Source: a virus
Direction: 5' to 3' (one strand)
DNA: 64,000 nucleotides
IMG/VR virus record: IMGVR_UViG_3300036790_000551
Coordinates: 28,832-92,831 of that record
The position numbers and the translations under genes were made by a program. Of the stretch, positions 18,675-28,606 are shown piece after piece (the first letter of the stretch is position 1; each line of letters begins with the position of its first letter). The notes under the pieces were generated by a model. The model ran no database searches, was not told where the DNA came from, and saw only the letters and a program-made list of their open reading frames with translations.

Positions 18675-19005
18675 CAGGACCATCGAACGCAGCGTCGCCC
18701 GTGCTCTCTACGCTAAGTTCTCGCGGGACTGGAGGGACCACCTCCGTGCGTCAGGAAAGTACGGTGAGCCGAAGTCTCCGAAGCGCCCGACTTTCTCCCA
18801 GTGGTACGCACTCCACGAGCGCAACCGAGCGATGATGGAGCAGTCCAAGGCCGCGGACGTTCTCGAGTTCCTGCAGGCCGACCCCTGGGAGCGCTTCGCC
18901 AACGAGCACCCGGAGGAGGCCCAGGCCTCGTCTGAGGACGCTTCGGACGATGAACGTGGAGTGGTTCACATCGACCTGAGGACGGGTGAGGAGACGAAGG
19001 AGTGA
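18667..19005 (+). CDS. Hypothetical protein
   Basis: SD AAGGA before ATG. Confidence 0.6.
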   Translation: MSNRTIERSVARALYAKFSRDWRDHLRASGKYGEPKSPKRPTFSQWYALHERNRAMMEQSKAADVLEFLQADPWERFANEHPEEAQASSEDASDDERGVVHIDLRTGEETKE

Positions 19006-19229
19006 GGGCCCTCCTGCTCTCCCTCCTGCTCGCCGCCGGTTGCCTGGTCACGACCAATAGGCCGGGTGTGATAGTCTGCGAGGACATCAACTACGAGGCA
19101 CCGAGTTGCGCGGGGTACTACGACTGGGTCCCCGGCTTCTGGGCCGGCGGCGTCTGGAACCGCGGCCACTACACGCACCGCTACCGCGGCCCACGCTTCA
19201 ATCACGTCCGCTCCGGTCGCCGTCGCTAG
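19002..19229 (+). CDS. Small lipoprotein with Y/W/G-rich tail
   Basis: Lipobox LAAGC; WVPGFWAGGVWNRGHY. Confidence 0.6.
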   Translation: MRALLLSLLLAAGCLVTTNRPGVIVCEDINYEAPSCAGYYDWVPGFWAGGVWNRGHYTHRYRGPRFNHVRSGRRR

Positions 19230-19488
19230 GGGCCTCCGCGGTTGGAAGACGAACCCCGTATCATCCGGCTCGCCCGGAGGAGGATGCTTGTGACTCCCGT
19301 TAGGAAACCACCCGAGAAGATTCGAATTCCCGTTCGGGGGTCGACCCGTAAGAAGCCGACCAGGATTGTGAAGTCAACGACCGTTGCACCGGCCAAACCG
19401 AGGCTCAAGCCAAACCACCGGTAAGCGTGTTATGATGCCCTCGGTGAGCAAGTTAACCGAGGAAGAGCGAAAGACGACGTGCTGCTAG

Positions 19489-20166
19489 ATGCGTCTAGTT
19501 CACTTCTCAGATTTACATTGGTCTGGGTTTGACCGTCTTCCCGAAGCGGACCTGTATGTCTGCACGGGCGATATGATGGCCGACCACGTTAGTAAGGTCA
19601 AGACCGGGTTCCCCGGCGTCTACTCCTGGGACATCGTTCCTGGTCACGCTAAGCACGTGCAGGAGGAGCAGGCCCGACGCTTCGTGGAACGCGACGGCGG
19701 TTACCGTAAGTTCCTCGGGAGCCCCGATGCCCCGCTCGTCTGTGTCCGCGGCAACCATGACTTCACAGACCTCCGACACCTGTTCGTCGGCTGTAACCTC
19801 GTGCATGAGTTCATCGACAACGAGTTCATCGAGGTGGCCGGTCTGCGGGTCACGGGTCATCGCGGCATTCCATACATCTACGGCGGTTGGAACGACGAGG
19901 TCATGCGCGCGGACCTGCTTGACCGCGCCCGTCGAATGCCGAACGCCGACCTCTTCCTGACGCACTACCCGCCGCTCGGTATCCTCGACGGCGGGCCGCT
20001 GGCATACGGCCTCGAGGGCCTCGCAGCCGTCCTCCAGGGTAAAATGGACGGGCCGGTCGGGGTCCACTGCTTCGGTCACATCCATGAGAGCCGTGCGGTT
20101 CATCGTCCGAGCGATTCAATCGTCTTCTCGAACGCGGCAACGTACTTCAACGTAATCGATATTTGA
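19489..20166 (+). CDS. Calcineurin-like metallophosphoesterase
   Basis: SDLH, TGD, GNHD, THYPP, FGHIHE. Confidence 0.9.
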   Translation: MRLVHFSDLHWSGFDRLPEADLYVCTGDMMADHVSKVKTGFPGVYSWDIVPGHAKHVQEEQARRFVERDGGYRKFLGSPDAPLVCVRGNHDFTDLRHLFVGCNLVHEFIDNEFIEVAGLRVTGHRGIPYIYGGWNDEVMRADLLDRARRMPNADLFLTHYPPLGILDGGPLAYGLEGLAAVLQGKMDGPVGVHCFGHIHESRAVHRPSDSIVFSNAATYFNVIDI

Positions 20167-20171
20167 GGACC

Positions 20172-20345
20172 ATGTCAGCAAAGACCATGCTCTCTGTCTT
20201 ATTCGTGTTCATACTGCTCGCTTGGGCCGGCGTAATCGCGTTTGGAGTCGTCACGCACGACTTGGGGCCAATCCTCGGCGCAACGTTTATGTTCGGAGGC
20301 GCGACGTTCGTCATCGTCGTTCTCCAGCGCGACTTGGAGTCCTGA
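20172..20345 (+). CDS. Two-TM membrane protein
   Basis: Two hydrophobic segments. Confidence 0.55.
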   Translation: MSAKTMLSVLFVFILLAWAGVIAFGVVTHDLGPILGATFMFGGATFVIVVLQRDLES

Positions 20346-20593
20346 AATGGTATTCAAGGTCGTCTACGGATTAGAGCACATAAACTTTGGCATCGGCGAC
20401 GAGCGCAGCGGCTGGTGGATTGTACGCTACCTCTTGAATACATCAAGCAACACGTTGTGGACACAAAGCCGATTGCGCAGTTTCCGTATGGGCCGGCGAG
20501 CGCGCACGACCTGTCGGACTTCGAGGCCTACTGCTTGGAGGGACACGCGGTGCTGAAGCGTAATGCAACGATTGAAGACATGAGGGATGCTTA

Positions 20594-21472
20594 ATGCTGA
20601 TTTCCGCACGCGTCATCGCTGACTCAATCAACCCGGACGGCGACCGCCTGACGACGGTCGAGGCGGTCTTCAATAGGTGGATACTGGCCGAACTCAACAC
20701 CCATCGCATGCTGAGTCGGAACTCCGCCAGTTCCCGAGCCATCCCAGTCGCGCGCGTGCTGAAGCAGGTCTGGCGGGAGCCGGCCTACCCCGTGCACTGG
20801 GGCAAGAACCAGGCGGGAATGCAGAGTAAGAGTGAACTCGGAGGACTGCGTCTCTGGTTGGCGAAGCGCCTCTTCTTCTGGGCCCGCGTCCCCGCGCTGG
20901 TCCTCGTTTGGCTCCTCAGCAAGGTCGGCCTCCACAAGCAGGTAGCCAACCGCATTCTGGAGCCCTGGGTCTGGCACACGGCAATCATCAGCAGCACGAC
21001 CTGGCACAACTTCTTCAAGTTGCGAGCGCATCCGGATGCCCAGCCCGAGTTCAAGGAGTTGGCTTATAAGATGAACCAAGCCATTAACTGCAGCGAACCT
21101 CGAAGGTTGGAATGGGGTGAGTGGCACCTGCCGTACGCTGACGGGTTGGACGTCAAGACGGCTTCCGGCGCCGCCGTCCTGCCTTCAATGGTGAAGGTCT
21201 CGGCCGCGTGCTGCGCTAGGGTCTCCTACGTTCGACAGAATGACCGGAAGTCTATCGAAGAGGACGTGACGCTTTCCGACAGGCTCGGCGCGAACGGACA
21301 CTTCTCTCCCCTCGAGCATCCGGCCCGGGCGGAGCGCGGCCAATGGGGGAACTTCCGGGGCTGGAAGCAGGCGCGAAAGTTTTACGCCAATGAATCAGGC
21401 GAACCGAAACAGAAGTGCCTCTGTGAGAACGACCTCTACACGTCAGGCTGCCCGACCCACGGGCACAGTTGA
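20594..21472 (+). CDS. thyX: Flavin-dependent thymidylate synthase
   Basis: ELNTHRMLSRNSASSRAIP, HKQVANR.LEP, AQPE, ARVSY, HFSPLEH. Confidence 0.9.
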   Translation: MLISARVIADSINPDGDRLTTVEAVFNRWILAELNTHRMLSRNSASSRAIPVARVLKQVWREPAYPVHWGKNQAGMQSKSELGGLRLWLAKRLFFWARVPALVLVWLLSKVGLHKQVANRILEPWVWHTAIISSTTWHNFFKLRAHPDAQPEFKELAYKMNQAINCSEPRRLEWGEWHLPYADGLDVKTASGAAVLPSMVKVSAACCARVSYVRQNDRKSIEEDVTLSDRLGANGHFSPLEHPARAERGQWGNFRGWKQARKFYANESGEPKQKCLCENDLYTSGCPTHGHS

Positions 21473-21498
21473 AGCCTATCTGTACGCAAAGGAAGCGC

Positions 21499-21804
21499 AT
21501 GTCAGACGACTGGAACGTTCCCGACGACGATGAGGACGAGATGCTGGAACTTCCGGGTCTTGACACCGAGGCCGGTCGCGACGGATGGATTGAGATTCTC
21601 GCGCAACAGGACGAGGAGAGCATCGCTGCGAACGGCGGTTGGATTCAAATGATTATCGTCTCGGACGAGAAGCCTGAGAACGGTGTGATGCGCGTGCGTT
21701 ACGCCGACGGAACCGAGGACATCTTCGACGTTCAAATCAGACGTAAGATTGGCCTCGTGACTGAGAACGACCTCGTGACGGACAACGACAGCGAGAGGAA
21801 CTGA
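21499..21804 (+). CDS. Acidic hypothetical protein
   Basis: SD AAGGAAG before MSDDW. Confidence 0.55.
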   Translation: MSDDWNVPDDDEDEMLELPGLDTEAGRDGWIEILAQQDEESIAANGGWIQMIIVSDEKPENGVMRVRYADGTEDIFDVQIRRKIGLVTENDLVTDNDSERN

Positions 21805-21805
21805 C

Positions 21806-22849
21806 GTGGCCACCCTTTCCACGACGCTTGACATCCATCAGCCCGATGCCAGTTTCACGCCGGACCAACTCCATGTTATTGCGGTGGTCCACAACCCGCT
21901 CCGCTTCAGGAGCCGAGACGTGCTCTTCCAGCAGTTCGTGCAACACATGCAAGCGGCGGGCGTGACGCTGCACGTGGTCGAGGCCGCCTTCGGAGAGCGA
22001 CACCACCGTCACTCCGACCTGGGTGCCCACACCCACACCCTTTTCCAGCACTCGAATGAGATATGGATGAAGGAGGCGATGATTAACGCGGGGTTCAGTC
22101 GGCTTCCAGACGACTGGAAGTACGCCGCGTGGATAGACGGCGACGTCCACTTCGCCCGACCCGATTGGGCGACCGAAACGATTCACCAGTTGCAACACTA
22201 TCGGGTCGTCCAGATGTTTCAGACCGCCGCGGACCTCGGTCCGACCGGAGAGATTGTCGACGTTCATAACAGTTTCGGCTGGTCTTATGCCGCAGGACTA
22301 CCGAAGTGGGTGCACGGCAACGCCCCAGAGGCTGCCGTTCATGACGGCCTCGATTACTACTTCTATGACGACAGCGAGAGTCTCGGTGGCACCCGACCGG
22401 CGGGAAAGTTCTGGCATCCGGGATACGCCTGGGCCATTCGTCGCAAGGCCTTCGATGACCTCGGCGGTCTGATAGACTGGTCAGGCCTCGGTTCGGCCGA
22501 CCACATGATGGCGCTAGCGATGATTGGAGAGGTTGAGAAGTCGATTCCAGGAAACCTCCATCCGAACTACCTTCGTCACGCTCGACTGTGGCAGGAACTC
22601 GCCGCCGAGCACATCCGCGGTGACATGGGGTTCGTTCCGGGGACCATCACTCATTCCTGGCACGGTCGCAAGCGGGAGCGCTTCTATGTTCCTCGATGGG
22701 AGATTTTACGGAAGCATGCCTATGACCCCGAGCGGGACATCCGGCGTGACCACCAGCGCATGGTTCACTTCACTCGTCCCGGTGAGCGGCTTCGTGACGA
22801 CATGCGGACCTATTTCAGGTCCCGTAATGAAGACGGAGTCGAGTTGTAA
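21806..22849 (+). CDS. GT-A fold glycosyltransferase-like protein
   Basis: WMKEAMIN.G, WIDGD (DxD), PGYAWA, H.WHG. Confidence 0.6.
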   Translation: MATLSTTLDIHQPDASFTPDQLHVIAVVHNPLRFRSRDVLFQQFVQHMQAAGVTLHVVEAAFGERHHRHSDLGAHTHTLFQHSNEIWMKEAMINAGFSRLPDDWKYAAWIDGDVHFARPDWATETIHQLQHYRVVQMFQTAADLGPTGEIVDVHNSFGWSYAAGLPKWVHGNAPEAAVHDGLDYYFYDDSESLGGTRPAGKFWHPGYAWAIRRKAFDDLGGLIDWSGLGSADHMMALAMIGEVEKSIPGNLHPNYLRHARLWQELAAEHIRGDMGFVPGTITHSWHGRKRERFYVPRWEILRKHAYDPERDIRRDHQRMVHFTRPGERLRDDMRTYFRSRNEDGVEL

Positions 22850-23265
22850 TGTTGACATGTCCCGTGTGCGGCGAGTACTCATGTAAATACTGGCAATGGT
22901 GCAAGATGAATACAGGACCGAAACAATCGACGCCAGTTCCCTCGGGACAGATGAAGACCGACGGAGATACCACTCATCGAGTTCCCCGTTTCGAGCCGGA
23001 GGCCTTGCCTGAGATATACGGTGAGTCACTCGAGGAGCGTGACAACGACCCAGTGAACCACCCATCGCATTACACTGCCAGTGGCATTGAAACGATTGAT
23101 GTCATCGAGGCATGGGACCTAGACTTCTGTTTGGGGAACGCCGTGAAGTACATCTCTCGTGCCGGCAAGAAGGACCCCGAGAAGGAACTGGAAGACCTCA
23201 AGAAGGCTCGGTGGTACGTTGACCGTCGCATCGAGCAAATTCAAAATCGAGGAAAAACCGGATGA
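22849..23265 (+). CDS. DUF3310-type protein (T7 gp1.7-like nucleotide kinase domain)
   Basis: DPVNHPSHY..GIETID ... GNAVKYISRAGKK..EDLKKARWY. Confidence 0.85.
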   Translation: MLTCPVCGEYSCKYWQWCKMNTGPKQSTPVPSGQMKTDGDTTHRVPRFEPEALPEIYGESLEERDNDPVNHPSHYTASGIETIDVIEAWDLDFCLGNAVKYISRAGKKDPEKELEDLKKARWYVDRRIEQIQNRGKTG

Positions 23266-23894
23266 TTTCATTACGCTTGCTCGTCAATAATGAGGTCTGT
23301 TGCGACGTCGACGGCGTCGTGGCAGACCTCGTGGGCGGCCTGCAGGGGTGGCTCCTCACGACCTATGGCGTTGAGATGGACCGGTCTCGGGTCGTCTATC
23401 ACAACGACATGGGTCGCTCTCCCGGCATCAGGGAGACAACGGCTCGAAAACTGATGAGGTTCTTTCCAAGCGCAGAGACCCCGGAGCAGGCGTTCTCCTT
23501 CGCGTTCGAGGCCTTCATGAAGGACCGCGACGTCTACGGTCGCTACATCCCCGTCATTCCCGGGGCGCTTGAGGGAATCGCGGCCATCCAGCAGAGGTAC
23601 GAGGTGGTCTTCGTGACCGCCCTCATGAAGAAGGCCCGCGACCACTTTCGCTCCAAGATGGAGTGGATTGAGCGATGGTTTCCCGGTTGCGAGGTCATCA
23701 CGGCCACGGCCAGCAAGAAGCGCATGGTCCGCGGCCGGTATGCTATCGATGACCGCTACGACACCTGCGCCATGTATAGGGCGGCCGGCACCGAGCCCCT
23801 GCTCTTCGAACAGCCATGGAACGAGGTTCCCGACGGCGTCGTCGAGCCAAGTTACGACTGGAAGGGAATCGTGCAGAGGATATGCGATGAGTGA
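23262..23894 (+). CDS. 5'(3')-deoxyribonucleotidase-like HAD phosphatase
   Basis: DVDGVVADL, KMEWIERWFP, IDD, QPWN. Confidence 0.8.
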   Translation: MISLRLLVNNEVCCDVDGVVADLVGGLQGWLLTTYGVEMDRSRVVYHNDMGRSPGIRETTARKLMRFFPSAETPEQAFSFAFEAFMKDRDVYGRYIPVIPGALEGIAAIQQRYEVVFVTALMKKARDHFRSKMEWIERWFPGCEVITATASKKRMVRGRYAIDDRYDTCAMYRAAGTEPLLFEQPWNEVPDGVVEPSYDWKGIVQRICDE

Positions 23895-24228
23895 AATCGA
23901 CGGAAAGGTTGCTCCACCGCCGGCCGGGTACACCTCGGTTCGCCTCGGCGCGGCCTTTCTGATGCCTGCCGACGAGGCCGACCACTACGAACTCTTTCGA
24001 CAGACTGTGACGGTGGCCAATGAGGGCGACCGGACGGTCAAGAGCGAGGCAATCGGAACCCCGATTGGACCCCTGGCTCGCTATCGACGAAAGGGACGGG
24101 GTGACAAGACCCCGAAGCACCTGGCCTCGGTGAGCGGGCCACCCCTGGAGATGAAGACTACGGACGCGAAGGGACAGCCCATGACTTTAATTTTGCTCTG
24201 GTGGCCGGGAATGGATAACAACAAATGA
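23887..24228 (+). CDS. Hypothetical protein
   Basis: Start MSEIDGK overlapping upstream gene end. Confidence 0.55.
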   Translation: MSEIDGKVAPPPAGYTSVRLGAAFLMPADEADHYELFRQTVTVANEGDRTVKSEAIGTPIGPLARYRRKGRGDKTPKHLASVSGPPLEMKTTDAKGQPMTLILLWWPGMDNNK

Positions 24229-24350
24229 CAGGCGAAGAGAAAGTCGGTCTCGTGTTCATTGTGATGTGGGCCCTCTCGGTCCTCGCGAGCCTAGCCATGT
24301 CCGCGGCCGTCGTTTACGTTCTGATTCATTTTCTTTCAAAGTATTGGTGA
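24225..24350 (+). CDS. 41-aa single-TM protein (below ORF-track cutoff)
   Basis: ATGA overlap; MTGEEKVGLVFIVMWALSVLASLAMSAAVVYVLIHFLSKYW. Confidence 0.6.
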   Translation: MTGEEKVGLVFIVMWALSVLASLAMSAAVVYVLIHFLSKYW

Positions 24351-24351
24351 G

Positions 24352-25107
24352 ATGACCGACGTCCAGTTGTTCAGCGAGCGTCTCACCCAGACGCTGGGGC
24401 TCTTGTCCTGGGAAGTGCGTAACGCCCTGTTGGTCAAAATCGGTCACATGGAGTTGCAGATGCGAAGCAACGGCCAATGCCAGCCGGTCTGGACCGGTCC
24501 CGTGCCCGAGGTCCAGTTGCTGGGTCGCGAGGTCGTTGTACCGACCGACGTCGGCGAGCGACGGGGCATCGTCGTCTGCTTCGGAGTCATGAACATGGGC
24601 GCTGAGTATGAGCGGTCCGTGGTCGTGCACGTCCCGGCCTCTGGCACCGTCCATGAGGCCCCGGGCTCCTCCACCAGGCTGGCGTCTGCAGAGGACTCCA
24701 GACGCATCCAGGAGGAACTGGCGATGGCTCGGAAGTTGAGCGAGGCGACCGAACGGGTGCAGGCGGAGCCGCCGGCCGGCAAGGCCAGGCGTCGCGGCCA
24801 CAAGGACCCCGCCCTTCAGAAGTGGATGCTCGAGCACGGAGCGGCCCATCCCAACGTCCGTCAAGCGGTTGAGGGCGGCGGCTGCCTTAAGTTGGTCGGT
24901 CTCGATGGTGACAAGCGCCTTTACGTCTTTCGCGGACAACTTCGGGTCGACGTCAGCGGCTTCGTCGTCGGTCATCCGTCCGTTCGTCAGATATCCGAGG
25001 CCGAGGCCAAGGAGATGCACCTCGGAAAGGTCCGCGGACAGTTCATCTTCGAGGACCCCGCCGCGGCTCGTGAGGCCTTCGAACTCGCTCTCTCCCTCCT
25101 CGGTTAG
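24352..25107 (+). CDS. Hypothetical protein; C-terminus possibly a distant member of the early NGxI family
   Basis: LKLVG..DKRLYVF..RVDVS ... GKVRGQF. Confidence 0.55.
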   Translation: MTDVQLFSERLTQTLGLLSWEVRNALLVKIGHMELQMRSNGQCQPVWTGPVPEVQLLGREVVVPTDVGERRGIVVCFGVMNMGAEYERSVVVHVPASGTVHEAPGSSTRLASAEDSRRIQEELAMARKLSEATERVQAEPPAGKARRRGHKDPALQKWMLEHGAAHPNVRQAVEGGGCLKLVGLDGDKRLYVFRGQLRVDVSGFVVGHPSVRQISEAEAKEMHLGKVRGQFIFEDPAAAREAFELALSLLG

Positions 25108-25151
25108 ACGTTTGCGACGGACGTCCGTCGCCGTTGTGGTACAATGGACGC

Positions 25152-25403
25152 ATGCCGCAACAGGTAATGCCGCCCTACGTCGAGACCGAGGCCCTTCGCC
25201 AGGACCGAATCATTCGTGTGATTGAGTTCATCATGGAGACCGAGAGCGATGTGACGCTCGAGAACGGGCCGCTGACGATGACTGTCCGCGGCCACGAAAT
25301 CAAGGTCCGCGACAACAAGACCGGGTTCCTAGTGGCCTATTCCATGACCAAGGCGGACTTTGAGCAGTCCGTCGATGAGTTCGTCTCCGACTTCATGGCC
25401 TGA
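25152..25403 (+). CDS. Hypothetical protein, leaderless
   Basis: TGGTACAAT, 6 nt, then ATG. Confidence 0.6.
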   Translation: MPQQVMPPYVETEALRQDRIIRVIEFIMETESDVTLENGPLTMTVRGHEIKVRDNKTGFLVAYSMTKADFEQSVDEFVSDFMA

Positions 25404-25450
25404 ACGGCGGTGGAGCGGGCGGAAGTCCGCGGACGGCGGTACCTATTCGC

Positions 25451-26572
25451 ATGTCCGGTTCCTGGATGCAACTTCGCGGCCTCCTCCTGGTGGGAGAGGC
25501 CAAGACCTCGGTCGACTACAAGAACGCCCTGGCGCGGTACATGGTCGGTCGGTACGGTGAGCACGCGGCCGATGAGGCCATATCGCTCCTGCAGCGCAGC
25601 CGTCCACAGGACTTCCAGAAGCAGTTGGCTCTGAAGTACATGGACAGTCGGCTCGACGGTATCGTTAAGGACCTCGTGAAGTCCATGACGCCGACGACGA
25701 ACGCCCCCAAGTCGAAGGACGAACCCGAGGCAGGCTTCAAGGCTGCGGACGACGACGAAGAAAGCGACGACGGACCGGCCTTCAAGACCCCCGATGAGGT
25801 GGCTGCGCAGCGAGCGAAGACGACCGCCACCGCCGCGAGCCGTCCGGACCGGGCCGGCACGACCTCCAACGTGCAGCGGCCCGCCGGCGGCGGCACCAGG
25901 GCCGAGCCCGGTAAGGCGACCGCGAGCGTCATGGGCACCGCCGGCCAGTACCAGATAAAGAAGCCGAGCGCTGACCCCAGCATCAAGCCGACGGTGAAGG
26001 CTAAGCCCGGAGAGTCGGGAATGTCTAACTCCCAGAAGAAGGTCGACTACGTCACCCAGACGTACGGTCAGGCCACCGGTGACCGCCTCGCCAAGAAACT
26101 GGGTGTTCCGACATCCGCCGAGCGCGGCGGTGTACTCGGAGTCGGAATGGGGTCCCCCTGGAAGACCAAGCCGAAGGTCGTCTCCGGTCAGGCCGCCCAG
26201 AAGGCAGCCGACCCGGACTCCCCGACAGCGGCACCCACTCCGCGAAACGCCCGCGATATTCCACCCAGGCCGGTCGCTCAACGACCGGGCGGTAGCAACG
26301 GTAAGCCGCTGGTGCGAACGAGGAACCCCGAGACCGGTGAGGACGAGGTCGGGGTGCGGCCGGGGGACTTCGTCGGCCAGCGCTGGAAGCCGCACGGCAT
26401 CTCCAAGAAGGTAGCCACGGCCCGTCCAGACGCGGCCACTGGCAACTTCCAGCGCGGCAGTCGACTCACGAACCCCTCCCAGGAGGGACAGGAAATGGTC
26501 TGGGACGGCAGTGACTGGGTCCTCCCGAGCGTCTACGCCGCCTCCCGGGCCCAAGCGAAAGCGAGCAACTGA
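25451..26572 (+). CDS. Low-complexity protein, candidate internal virion protein
   Basis: A/P/K/T-rich; N-terminus MSGSWMQL resembles that of 28782-29201. Confidence 0.6.
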   Translation: MSGSWMQLRGLLLVGEAKTSVDYKNALARYMVGRYGEHAADEAISLLQRSRPQDFQKQLALKYMDSRLDGIVKDLVKSMTPTTNAPKSKDEPEAGFKAADDDEESDDGPAFKTPDEVAAQRAKTTATAASRPDRAGTTSNVQRPAGGGTRAEPGKATASVMGTAGQYQIKKPSADPSIKPTVKAKPGESGMSNSQKKVDYVTQTYGQATGDRLAKKLGVPTSAERGGVLGVGMGSPWKTKPKVVSGQAAQKAADPDSPTAAPTPRNARDIPPRPVAQRPGGSNGKPLVRTRNPETGEDEVGVRPGDFVGQRWKPHGISKKVATARPDAATGNFQRGSRLTNPSQEGQEMVWDGSDWVLPSVYAASRAQAKASN

Positions 26573-27184
26573 ATGCGTCTCCCCCTCTCTCCAATGCTGG
26601 CCCTCGCCGTCGGGGCCTGCGTCCACATGCCGCGACTGAACCCCGAGTATCGCCTGGAGACCGACCAGGAGCGATACGCCGTGGTCGTCGAGTCCGGTTG
26701 CGCCGAGGACGCGCCGATTCCGAATCACCTGCCGATTGAGTGGAGGCCCGGGCGCCACGGCTCGGGCGTGCTCATCGACGGCCGCCACGTCCTGACGGCC
26801 CTTCACGTCGTAGACTGCCCGATTCTGCCGGCGGTAACGGTCTACCTCGAGGACGGTACACCCTTCTTTATGAACGTGGTCCGTGAGGACCGCGACCGGG
26901 ACCTCGCCCTCCTCGAGGTGGCGTCCCAGGGAAACATCTCGAACCGCGTTGCTCCGCCGACCCTGGGTTTGCCTGAGGGTCGGCTCTGCTCCCAGGCCGC
27001 GTGGCCGTATCGAATGAGTCGCTGTGGGGAGTTCGATTCGCCCGACGGCTTCTGGACAGCGAGCGTCAGGGGCAACTCGGGGGCCGGCGTCTACGATGAG
27101 TTCGGTGCCCTGGTCGGCATCGTGACGCGCTCCACCGAAGCGGAGACCACGTTTAGTCGCCTCGACAGCGACTGGGTCCGTTAA
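26573..27184 (+). CDS. Lipoprotein trypsin-like serine protease
   Basis: Lipobox AVGAC; GSGV, LTALHVV, DLALL, GNSGAG. Confidence 0.85.
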   Translation: MRLPLSPMLALAVGACVHMPRLNPEYRLETDQERYAVVVESGCAEDAPIPNHLPIEWRPGRHGSGVLIDGRHVLTALHVVDCPILPAVTVYLEDGTPFFMNVVREDRDRDLALLEVASQGNISNRVAPPTLGLPEGRLCSQAAWPYRMSRCGEFDSPDGFWTASVRGNSGAGVYDEFGALVGIVTRSTEAETTFSRLDSDWVR

Positions 27185-27230
27185 CGCTTCCAGCACCGGT
27201 CCCCGCTTGCCCTCGAGGTATGATGGCCGC

Positions 27231-27503
27231 ATGCTTCGACGCATCCTCAATGCCGCCGCCGTTCTCCTTGAGGACGGGATAGAACGCTGGGCCAACCTGA
27301 ACCGGGGAACCGTGCGGGTTGACCGCGCGACGATTGACCGCGCCGCGGAACTGGCCCTCGAGAACGCTCGCCTTCGGGACGAGGTGGCGCGGCTCCATGC
27401 CGCTCTGTTTGTGAGCGATGACCCCGGTCAAGACGTTGATGCGGATTGGCTCGCGAAGTGGTGTGACTCAATCGAATCAATTAAACCTGAGGACCCGTTC
27501 TGA
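27231..27503 (+). CDS. Hypothetical coiled-coil protein, leaderless
   Basis: GGTATGAT, 6 nt, then ATG 27231. Confidence 0.6.
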   Translation: MLRRILNAAAVLLEDGIERWANLNRGTVRVDRATIDRAAELALENARLRDEVARLHAALFVSDDPGQDVDADWLAKWCDSIESIKPEDPF

Positions 27504-27748
27504 TGTCGGACAAGTCGGGGCCGGTCGACCACGGGCTCATGATGCGAATCGGACACGCAATCGATGCGTTGGCCCATCAGTTGATTGAACTGGGAGACAG
27601 ACTGACTCCGGAGCAGGAGGACGCGCTGCTCGCCGGCGCGCTGGGCGGAGCACCACTCGTGGAGTTGATGAACTCGCTCTCCCTCGTCGTTGAGGTGCAG
27701 AACGAGACCGGGTTCATGAACGTCTTCCTCAACGAGGGAGTGAACTGA
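27503..27748 (+). CDS. Hypothetical protein
   Basis: TGATG coupling. Confidence 0.55.
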   Translation: MSDKSGPVDHGLMMRIGHAIDALAHQLIELGDRLTPEQEDALLAGALGGAPLVELMNSLSLVVEVQNETGFMNVFLNEGVN

Positions 27749-27749
27749 G

Positions 27750-28121
27750 ATGGCGGACACCAAGCAGGTCATCGTGATGCGAACTGACCTCAACATGAGA
27801 AAGGGAAAGATGGTTGCCCAGGGCTCCCATGCCTCCCTGGGTGCCGTCCTTCGCATTCAGGACGAGGGCAACCACGACTGGACTGCGGCCTTGAGCGAAT
27901 GGCTCGACTCGTCCTTCAAGAAAATCTGCGTTGGGGTCGATAGCGACACGACCCTGTTGGAACTCAAGGCGGCCCTCGATGCCGCCGGCCTGCCGTGCAA
28001 ACTGGTCACGGACCTCGGTCACACCGAGTTCCATGGCAAACCCACAGTCACGTGCCTCGCGGTGGGCCCGTACTACTCAGACGTGATTGACAGGTTCACG
28101 GGAGGGTTGAGGCTGCTATGA
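27750..28121 (+). CDS. pth2: Peptidyl-tRNA hydrolase Pth2
   Basis: KQVIVMRTDLNMRKGKMVAQGSHAS, KKI, DLGHTEF, TCLAVGP. Confidence 0.93.
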   Translation: MADTKQVIVMRTDLNMRKGKMVAQGSHASLGAVLRIQDEGNHDWTAALSEWLDSSFKKICVGVDSDTTLLELKAALDAAGLPCKLVTDLGHTEFHGKPTVTCLAVGPYYSDVIDRFTGGLRLL

Positions 28122-28270
28122 AGACCATTAAGGAAACGCTGCGGAGGTTCCTTGCTCTGGCGCATCTCGTCCTTGAGACGGCCACGGGGCTCATGGCGCT
28201 TCTCCTGGCGTTCACGCTCTGCACTTGGCTCGTCACTCTGTTAGCGACACGCATCATCAAACTGATGTAA
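28118..28270 (+). CDS. 50-aa membrane protein (below ORF-track cutoff)
   Basis: ATGA overlap; hydrophobic core. Confidence 0.55.
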   Translation: MKTIKETLRRFLALAHLVLETATGLMALLLAFTLCTWLVTLLATRIIKLM

Positions 28271-28282
28271 TACGATGGCCTC

Positions 28283-28606
28283 ATGGCAGGCCTTCGAGTC
28301 ACCCTCGGCGAGCGTCTCGGTGGATACCGGGATGTCGCCATTGTGCATCAACCGAAACCCGTCTCAGACGAAACGGAGGGGGCTCCGGAGTACGTGGAAC
28401 TCGAGTTGGCCGGGCCGGTCGTCAAGTTGGCCCAATGCCGGTCCGCGACGCTTCCCTTCGGTGCTCCGTTCGAGCGACCCGACGACGACGGACCCGCTCG
28501 GGTCCGAGGAGAGATGGTTTGGACTCACAAGACCGCGCCGACCCTCGTCATTGAGGGTAGGCCGGGAATGACCGCGGACGAGTACGCTGCGGGGAGGAGG
28601 CGTTGA
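28283..28606 (+). CDS. Hypothetical protein, leaderless
   Basis: TACGAT, 6 nt, then ATG. Confidence 0.55.
   Translation: MAGLRVTLGERLGGYRDVAIVHQPKPVSDETEGAPEYVELELAGPVVKLAQCRSATLPFGAPFERPDDDGPARVRGEMVWTHKTAPTLVIEGRPGMTADEYAAGRRR

Noticed and set aside
25337-27295. 652-aa minus-strand ORF (also 3949-5232 minus and 45794-46846 plus)
   Set aside because: Antisense shadows of real genes in GC-rich DNA; no motifs
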